Part shown: piece by piece, positions 27,660 to 37,800 of the stretch
Layout of the letters: each line of letters opens with the position of its first letter
How positions within the stretch are numbered: position 1 is the stretch's first letter
Assembly (NCBI GenBank): GCA_964016885.1
Contig: OZ024742.1
Location: forward strand, 71,052,001-71,116,000
DNA length: 64,000 nucleotides
DNA from: Eledone cirrhosa
Taxonomy: Eukaryota
Direction: 5' to 3'
Position numbers and translations under genes: made by a program
The notes under the pieces: generated by a model
The model's input: only the letters and a program-made list of their open reading frames with translations
Database searches by the model: none
Told to the model about the DNA's origin: nothing

Positions 27660-28325
27660 ATTATTCTTTTCATCAAAAGCATCATACCAACAATACAACA
27701 TATACCATACTCTGAACGCCTTGCTTCCCTGGGCATGGATTCATTGAAGCTCTGACGTCTGGCAATGGACTTGGTGAATACCCACAAAGTTTTTAACCAT
27801 CTCGCCAATTGCAACCCTGAGCGCCTCTTTGATCTCCATGTGTCTAACACACGTGGACATGCCTACAAGATCAGAAAACAGCACAGCTCCCATGACTTTC
27901 GTAGACATTTTTTCACGCTCAGAGTTGCTGAAGCATGGAACAAACTGCCTGCGTCAATTGTTAGCTGCCGAGACACTGCATCCTTTAAGACACTCATGCT
28001 TCCCGAAATACGCCAAAACTACACCTGATGTACCCCTTCCATACACATGCACACGTGTGTATCATGACTCGTGCACTGTTCATTTTACTGATGTTTGTGC
28101 ATTGCCCTATGTACTGTACATGCACTTTTTTGATGAGTTGTGGTGCACCTGGGCACTGTACACAATATTTCATTATTGTTATTATTATTATTATTATTAT
28201 ATCATGACTCATACACTGTTCATTTTCCTGATATTTGTACATTATTCTATGTACTATACATGCACCTTTGATGAGTTGTAGTGCACCTGAGCACTGTACA
28301 CAATAATTTCATTATTATTATTATA
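27660..28325 (+). mobile_element. CR1/L2-group LINE 3' end with duplicated tail
   Basis: PYSERLASLG...TRGHAYKIRKQHSSHDFRRHFFTLRVAEAWNKLP, followed by two tandem copies of the 3'UTR, each ending in (ATT)n. Confidence 0.8.
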
Positions 28326-29865
28326 TCCGTTACACCCCAAAGGGTCTTTGGAATAACATAAAGTGCGTAGCTTGGAGATCAGAGTCACTCCAGGTAGAGC
28401 ATCTACTTCTCCGATACTATGGGTATATGGTTAGACTGTCTTGGGAAAGAATTGCTGGGCAGATTTTACTGGCAAAACAATCGGCAGGAGACCCAAGTGT
28501 AGACCTCGAGCAAGATGGTTTGATAACATCCAAGAGCTTGGCTGGTCTCGTTTGGAAATCCAGCTGGATTAGTTAGAGGCAGTTACTTTCGACAGGGTGT
28601 TTGAGGACTCTGCCTCCACGACCCTCTCAGGAATAAGTGAGTGAAAAAGAAGATACTATAACATAACATTTCTCTGTATATACTGTAACAGATTGTATAT
28701 ATTGTAATATAGCTTTTCACAGTATATACTGTAACATGGATTTTCACTGTATATATTGCAACATCTCATTTCACTATATATTTAGCAGAAGGTATTTAGA
28801 ATATTTTTGGTGGTTCACTGTATTTAATATTGTGGTAGATATGATCCAAAAGAGATGATGTGTTAAGGCTGCATGTGTAAGGTCGGTAGTTCATGTGAGA
28901 GAATAAGGAAGGAAAACGCCGCGAGGTTGATTAACAAAGGATTTTTTTTTTTTTTAAATATTACAGAAAAATTGCTAGACATTTCATCTTGTCAGTTGCT
29001 CCAAGGAAGGGATTTAGATAACGTCCTGCTTGTTTGAAGTTGAAGCGGCAAATGTTTTAAGTAAAAAAAAGAAGTGCAAATTTTTTAACTGGGCGGAAGT
29101 TGTCTTTTGGTATTTCTAGGCCCGGCGATTTACCAAGCGCAACCCAATTGTTCCGCCGCAGTAAATAGTGCCTTTGCTTACTACATATATACTGTAACAC
29201 AGCATTTTATATACTGTAGCATGGCATTTTACAAAGAAAGTCAAGCGATGATGAGACACTTAACTGTAATAGTAAGAACAAAATAGGTACATCGTATGTA
29301 CTTAATTATTTCGGTGTGGACTTTAAAAAAACCCTAAAACCTTTATTATGTTCTTTATCTTCATTGCTCTATGCCATTGAGTCTTGGAATATATCTAGCT
29401 GTTATAATTGTTTCTACTTTAGCACAAGGCCAGCAATCATACCAGTGCATTACTGGTACTTTATTTTATCGACCCCGTAAGGATGAAAGGCAAAGTTAAC
29501 CTCGGCGGGATTTGAATTCAGATCGTAAAGGCCTGTTATAATGATGTTTAAACTCTTGTCATGAAGAATGGCATACATCTTCGCTCATACATTTCTCTTC
29601 CAAATCCTTTCAAATCACCAATTGAATTTTTCCTGTATTTGTTTTGCAAGATTCTTGATGTGAAATCGTGTGTTGAATCAAATATTATACTTTTTATTGG
29701 CAACATAACTTCCAGAATATAACATGAATTTTTGTTTACTTTTGTAATAAGTTACATTCTGAAAAAATTTTTAAACAATCCTAACAAGATGTATTTTAAA
29801 AATGAGTTACAAGTGTTTAACATTGGTATTGAAAAATGGAAACTGTAGTTAAACATATTTTTAAA

Positions 29866-31370
29866 TAGAAGAGGTACCCGGCAATGCCGGGTATTTTATG
29901 AAAGTAACAATATATTTTGGTGCATATTACAAAATATCTGACCAATAAAATAGGATTACTATACTTTCACTAAAGTAGGAATTATAGCAGGATCTTCATT
30001 GTCATTTGTTCAATGCAAATCATTTAGTTTTGTCCAGTTGTGTTGTTTTCAATACTAATCCTTTTTACAGTCAGCACATATAATGCTTCGCCCATCGATG
30101 AGCCATTAGGTATTTTGTCAATGAAAAGAGCCGGATCAAAAAATACATTTAGAATTTTTTTTATTTATCTTCTTTTTTCTTTTTTTGCACAATCAGAACC
30201 TCCAATATACAAAAGAAAACCCTGAAGGCTATTTTGAAAATCATAAATAAAATAAAATAAAATAAAGTTAGCATTGGCTCATGAATGAACTATTATGAAA
30301 CATTTACTTATTTATTTCGTTAATTCGGGAAGTATATTTAGCTCTTTATACTAACTTTCACCCACCTTTGCCTCTAAAGCAGAAGGATCATGTTTGAGGG
30401 AGATTTGCTTTCTATTTCTACAAGGTTCACCAACAATTATAAGCCACCACACAAAGATCTCACTTATATTACTTTATATAGCAGAGGTGTCCAGGGATGC
30501 CTGCATATTATCCTGAAGTAACACTATGCAGTAAAGTTGGAACTTAAGAATTTTGTACAAACTATATGATTAAGGAATTAGGATCTATTGTCATTGAAAT
30601 ATGAATTGCGATATTGTCTTCTTCCTATACTTGTTCATTCTAAAGTCTCTGGATAAATTACATTCTTGGTTTTGCTCTGGGAATGAAACAGTTGTCACCA
30701 GAAAATTTTCCTGACATGATTGCGACATCTAGGACATTGAGCATCATATTTTTTATGAGTCTTGTGCCATTGCAAAGTTTTGGAGGATCCAGATTACAAA
30801 GTAGCATAACCAATGCTCCAAACTTCAGTATCAGGTTGTGTGGAAGAATTCCTGCTAGTTCAAGGTTGTTCAAAAATTCAGTTGGACATGTTACCGGGAA
30901 AGAAAAGATGCTACAATTTAGTTAACACAATGCCTTCTCAGGACCAGGTTGTTAATTGTCCAACTGAATTTTTGAACAACCTTGAACTAGCAGGAATTCT
31001 TCCACACAACCTGATACTGAAGTCTTCTGTTGATACCTTTCCCAGCAATATTTTTCGGGGCTAAGATTACTCGTTCACAGGCAGGATCAAGCAAATTCAT
31101 CATTCAGGCAGAGTTTTAAAAAAAAAACGGTTAGTGTAGTGTTGGGTTGTGCTTGTGCCAACTGATGAGCAGTGGTCTCAGTAAAGCACCCTCTATGCCT
31201 ATTCTCCAAAGAACTGCCAGATAGCTTCATTGCTGAATATGTTCCGACCTCATCCAGCCCATCATCTGTGAGTTCCTTCTCATTAATAAATATAGCCATG
31301 TCACTCCCCTTGTTCATATATTTTGAGATATATATTATTGCTTTGACGGAGCGGCAATACTCAACTTGAC
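29866..31370 (-). mobile_element. Helitron remnant (Rep and PIF1-like helicase fragments, 3' hairpin)
   Basis: Helicase EFLNNLELAGILPHNLILKFGALVMLLCNLDPPKLCNGTRL...FIPR (30873-30658), Rep C-terminal VEYCRSVKAI.YISKYMNKGSDMA (about 31368-31290) and GC hairpin TACCCGGCAATGCCGGGTA at 29875-29893. Confidence 0.8.
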
Positions 31371-31424
31371 TTTAATGATTGTAAAGCAAAACAACTGTTA
31401 CTTATTCCGTAATGTGAATATAAA

Positions 31425-31682
31425 CAATGGAACCTCGATTCAAGAACAATTTTTCTGAACATAAATCGTCTCGGCTCACGAACAGTGAGAAAGTACAGAA
31501 CATGCATACCGGCAACAAGCTAGGTGTATAGGCGGGAAAGCGTCACTTGCTGTATAGTTAGCTACTATGGTGATATCTATGTCTCTCACAGTCTCTCTCT
31601 CTCACTCAACATTTCGTATAACAGTTTCGGGTGACGAACGGCCTTTAGAATTGAATTAAGTTCGTGAACCAAGGTTCCACTG
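31425..31682. mobile_element. Tigger/pogo-like MITE
   Basis: TIRs CAATGGAACCTCGATTCAAGAAC ... GTTCGTGAACCAAGGTTCCACTG followed by TA. Confidence 0.7.
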
Positions 31683-31765
31683 TATACGTAATTTTGTGGG
31701 TATGCTCCGTTCACAAGTTTCCGAGTCTTAGGCGGATACACAGAATCAAGAACCCCGGCCCGGGG

Positions 31766-32170
31766 TAAATATTGCCTCAGTTCTGGAGCCAGCTGGTTTA
31801 TTCAGAAGTAACGAGAAGAGACCAGACGGCCTTACCCTTTATCCCTGGGTAAGAGGTAAGTGTCTCATTCGGGACACCACAGTCAGTGACTCTTTTGCTC
31901 CTTCCCACATCATCGGCGCTCACTGCTTCCGTTGCCGAACAGAATAAAATTCGGAAATACCTGGATTTATCCAGTAATTACTTTTCCAGTCTGTGGCGCT
32001 CGAGACGTTTGGTGGAGTCCGTCCACTGACAGCGAAGTTCTTGTCATCGCTGGCAGCTCACCTTACTGAGGTGTCAGTTGATACCCGTGAGGGTACCTGG
32101 TTATTTCAGCATCTTAGCCCCCGCCATCACCCGTGGAAATGTTGCGCGCGTGTTGGCTTGCATCAAAGTT
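31766..32170 (+). mobile_element. CRE-like RLE endonuclease fragment, paralog of 25981-26410
   Basis: Colinear nucleotide similarity to 25983-26405 (CCTCAGTTCTGGAGCCAGCTGG, ACCAGACGGCCTTA, CACAGTCAGTGACTCTTTTGCTCC). Confidence 0.8.
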
Positions 32171-33106
32171 AGCCCCTATGATGTGATGTGCAACCGATTG
32201 CCCCCGCCCCCTTTTTTTAATGTTTTTTTTATCTCTCTTTTTGCGTTTATATTTGTATATATTGTTTGTGTTTTCGTTCTGTAAGCATTATATTGCTATA
32301 TTTTGTGTATAATTGGTACATGTTTAATATTCATATGAGATTATTTACTTAGGAAAGTCAAGTATTGCTATTTTAAATTTTAATTACATCGCATCTCTCT
32401 AATTTACTTTTTGAAATCGGTTATAATTTTATACTATAAACAAAATTCATACAACAAATATTAAAATGGTTATCGTTGTTTCCGACATGGATACGAAACT
32501 TCAACCATAAAGAAAATTATAACTAAACTGAAATAATTTAAGTTAGTAAAATGAAACCATTAATTGCAGTTTAATTAAACAAATAACGAAATGTCTAAGC
32601 TGACGTCGACAAAAATACAAGTTATACGACCTTGTAAAATGCTATGTGGTATATTACTTTAACACCAGTTATATATATATAATTATGTTTTCGTCTCTCT
32701 CTATGTATATATATATATATATAATATATAATAATGTTTTCAAACATCGGCAAATATTTTCTCTGTAGTAGTGAGGGAGAGGGGGAAAATGCTGACCCTG
32801 GTGGTATTTTCTTACAGTATTAACAGAGAACAGTTCTTAAACAAACTAACATTGAATCAGAGATAACTAAGGAAAAGCTATTTGTTGTTGACCACCAAAT
32901 TAACACGTGCGCTCAAAATGATCTACCGCCCGCTCTCCCGTCCCTTTTGTCAACTGATTCGCGCCAGAAATTGTAAAAGATTGTTTCCTATAGCTTACCA
33001 GGTCACTCGTTTGTCTCCTACTTTTTATTTGACACACGTGTCTCCTGTCCCACACAAGATAACTAGACTTTTTTCAAGTCATTTACTAGAACAACAGCAA
33101 ACTGAC

Positions 33107-33607
33107 ATGGCAAATTTACTGAGTGGTAAAGATGTTTCAGCGTAAGTTAACATTATTATAACGATTTACCATTTTTCGCATATAATGAGAAACGTCAATA
33201 ATAACTTTTAAATTTCACGGTTGCAGAAATGAAAGAGTTAAGTTAATACATTCATTTCTTTGGGACAGCAGTGTTTCCCCGGAACACACACATATGTATG
33301 TATGTATATATATATATATATATATATATGTAATCTGACTTTTTCGAATATTAATAATAACATTCGATTCGTTTGCAATTATGCAAACAAGCCTCAATTT
33401 TATAGCCACGCCAGTAGAATGAACACTTCATTCTTGCTCTTATGTTAGCATACGAACATAAGAGCAAGAATGAAGTGTTCATTCTACTAACATGGCTATA
33501 AAATTGAAGCTTGTTTGCATAATTGCAAACGAATCGAATGTTATTATTAATATTCGAAAAACTCAGATTACATTTATTGTATTCAGCCATGTAGAACGAA
33601 ATTTTCT

Positions 33608-33638
<31 letters not shown>

Positions 33639-34748
33639 ATGAGTATAACCGAGAGAGGGAGTCTGCGATGCTGAGACCACAAATCATAGGAGTACTCAAT
33701 GCATGGGGTGGTGCAGAGTGGGCATACTCATCTCTCTAAGTATGTGGTTGAAGACTGAGAGAAAAGAGTACTCTGTACCGAAGTAGAGTTTTAATATTCA
33801 TTTTATTAAGGCTGAATAGTGAGGCTTGTTAGTCTGGAATGTCGCCTATTTATCACAGGGTCACACACACACACACATATATAATATATATATATACACA
33901 CACACTTCGTTTTTCTATTTTATCTGATAACGTGTGTTGAAACAGATATTGTTATACTTTGGGAGGGTCATGCTGCCAATAAAAACACGCATCTGGGAAT
34001 TTCACTTCGGTTAATTTAATAACAGGATGGTTGTTTGGTTAATTATCAAAGCTCTTGTCAATTCTGTGACCTCCTCAGTCTACTTTTGTTGTTATTTTGT
34101 GTTTCTTTGTTCTGTCCTACACCATCATGTGTACACCTCACGAAAACAAGATAACACACACATATCTATATATATAAAGAGAGAGAGAGTCGTTAAGACG
34201 TCGGATAGACTGCTTTATGGTATTCATCCCACCTCATTGCCCGTTCAAATCCCGCCATGGTCAACTTTGTCTTTCATCCTTTCGAGATCGATAAAAAAGG
34301 TATCGGTCCAGTACTGGGGTCGATTCTTCCTCTATAGAAAAAGTGGGATATGTTCCGACCTGGAGAGCGTTGGTCTCCGCCAGGTTAAAAGTGGCCTAGA
34401 CACGCCGTATGACGGTGCCCCTACGACCCCACGAGAAGTTATGGGATCTTCACCTTTTTTATATATATGATAAACTTGGGAAAGTTAATAGAGGACAACG
34501 CAAAACGAAAATCAATTTTTTAAGGTGAACCTTAAAAAATTGTTTAAAAAAAAAAAATACGAACGAAAGACGCAGAACTCCACGGGCATCGGCCGTTGTG
34601 GTGGACTTTGGCAGTTTCGATCCCTACCAACGTTACTGCTGGTCCACCCGGGATCACAGCGCCTGATACAAGCTAAACGCTGTCCAGTGGACTAAGAGAC
34701 CAGAGGCAAAACATTAATCTATAGCAATTAAGCTACAAGTGCACACAT

Positions 34749-34785
<37 letters not shown>

Positions 34786-34800
34786 CGTATGTGTAGATGA

Positions 34801-34831
<31 letters not shown>

Positions 34832-37800
34832 CATATATATAAGTATGTATATGTGTGTGTGTATGTATGTATGTATACGCATGTGTATGTATATATATAT
34901 GTATGTATGTATATATATATGTAAATATATATGTATGTATGTATATATATATATGTATCATCATTTAACGTCCATTTTCCACACTAGCATGAGTAGGATG
35001 GGCTGTCCCTTTGCAAGAGATCAGGTGGAGATCGTGTTTCACTCACACAACTGATTTTGGCTTGGTTTCTACGGCTGGGTGCCCTTCCTAACGCCAACCA
35101 ATTTTACAGTGTATGCTGAGTTGGGCAGCCTTCAACAAAGACGTGCTAACATCAAAATGAGTTTCTTATTTAAAAACTAAGATCTTTGACACTTACATCC
35201 TACCAGTTGTATTATATGGTCTTAATTGTGTTAACTGGACAACAAAGTCACTTCAGAAACAATCTACATTCCAGAAGCACATCATGAGACTTGTGACTAA
35301 GAAACGACTCGGCGACCATATCTCTATCAATGAGCTACTCAACATTACCAAGCTGAAACCAATCAATAGTACTTAAGCTGTATGGTCATATCAAAAGATC
35401 AACTTGTGGTGTGAGTACTTTATGCCTAGAAGGAAAGTTAACTGGTAAGAGAAGCAAGGGTCGACAGCCAAAATGCTGGTTTGATAATGTCAACTTATGG
35501 ACTGGACGTGACCTTTGCTCTTTAAACTCTGCTGTTGGTGATCGAACTTTGTGGCGAAGAATATCTCTTGTTGATGCGCAGTCTGCAACAAGCAGAGTGA
35601 ATGACAGGAAGGAATATATACATATATATGTATGATGGCTGTTCGAGTAATGCCATTGCTTGATACTTATTTTAAAAGTAGATGTAGCTTGCACAGCACT
35701 ACCTCCACTTTTTGGTACATGAAGTTGCTTTTCAGTGTGACAAATACTATGACAAGACTGAATACTTCATGAACCTCAGGTTTTACACTGGAGTTTTCCT
35801 TCTAGGTAGATTACAAAGTTACTAACCTCCACACACACCTCCAAGGTTAAAAGATTAAAATGTATTTAAAAAAACAGATAAAAGATATAATCACATGAAT
35901 ATATATAAAAGTATGTACAGGTTTGATTGGCTGGCCGTATATATATATATATATGATAAATTCCGACCTCACACACTTACACCTCTCCAAGACAATGTCA
36001 CTGGACCGAGACCTTTGGCGGTACTCAGTAATAGAGAAGACCCGCCTTACCTAAATACAAAGTAAAACCTACTACAGTCAGTAGGCATCTCTAACAAAAT
36101 ACCCCTCCCCCCATCCACGCCGCCCCTTTCAATGTAAAGTTATGTTGGTGCCACAACATCCAGGCCGAAACAAATGAGATCGTGTAGGTGTCACGACAAA
36201 AAACACACAGTCCACGCTGTAATGTGGCCGTGTAGGCAACACGCTAAAAACCTCCCAGACCCACACTGTAAATGTGGTTGGTGTTAGGAAGGGCATCCAA
36301 CTGTAGAAAACCCGCCAGACAGTTCTATGCGAGCAAGACAACCACTCTTGCCTCAAGTGGGAAAACTCCCGTCCAAACCCATGCAAGCGTGGAACGTTAA
36401 ACGATGATGATGATGATGATATACAGACACACACATATAGATGTGTAGTGGAGGTGCGTGGCCTTGTGGTAAGAGTGTTAGACATACGATCAGATTTTTT
36501 AAATACATTTTAATCTTAATTTTTTTTTCTGTGGAGGTTAGTAGCTCTGTGACCTTGGTTAGTGACCTACCTAGGAGAAGGAGAACTCCAATGTAAAACC
36601 GGAGGTTCGTGAAATATTCAGTGTTATACTATTTGTCACTGAATAGCAACTTCATGCACCACAACGTGGATGTAGTGCTGTGCAAGCTACACCGTCTTTA
36701 AAAATATTTCGCACACTGTAAATGTGGTTGGTGTTGGGAAGGGCATCCAGCTGTAGAAAACCTGCCAGACCCACACTGTAAATGTGGTTGGTGTTAGGAA
36801 GGGCATCCAGCTGTAGAAAACCCGCCAGACAATCCTATGCGAGCAAGACAACCACTCTTGCCTCAAGTGGGAAAACCCCCGTCCAAACCCATGCAAGCGT
36901 GGAACAGGGACGTTAAACGATGATGATGATGACTTCTTGTACACTTTCCTCGTTATTTAAGATCATAACGAGGAGTTGGCAGTAACCTGAAAATGTATCC
37001 ATAATTTTAATTGCAATGCCTCACACAAAGTCAGTAAATGATTGAAAGGGCCTGGGATCTGCTGAACAGGTCCGACCCAAGGATGACACATCCTGAGCCT
37101 GGTCGTCATTCTGCTACAGTGACAAACATAAACAATCAACCCAAGGAGAAACTTAGGGTCAGTATGAAGTTTGCTTGTTGGAATGTACATATTCTCTTAG
37201 ACAACAATAAGTCTGATAGAGCAGACATCGCACAGCATTAATTGCAAAAGAAATTGGTAAATATGATCTGAACGTCATTGTATTATCTGATGAGACACAT
37301 CTACCTGGAGATGGTGAACGTAGTGAAAAGCCATTAGGTTACACTTTCTTTTGGAAAGGTTTACCTGAAGGGCAAAGGAGAGATTCAGGTGTTGGTTTTG
37401 CAATTAAAAACTCAATCCTAGACTATCCAAAAATTTCCAAGTGGTGATATTTTTCTGGCTCCAGCTAAAAGATTGATTCCTGAAAATTGTGAGTGTATAC
37501 GCACCAACAATGTCACATTCCATTGAAAGCATTGAAAGATTTTATCAGGATCTTGGAAATCAGGTGCAAAAAATTCCAAGAGAAGAGAAGCTAGTCATCA
37601 TGAGTGACTTCAATGTTAGAGTGGGAGTAGATCATGCAATATGGCCTGTTTTGGGGAAGCATGGCACTGGAAAATGCAACAAAAATGGACTCTCTTCTCA
37701 CATTTTCTACTGATCACCAGCTGGCTATCTCAACTACATTCTTCAAGCAAAAAGAGAAATATATGCACCCTAGGTGTAAGTGCTGGCACTTATTAGTTCG

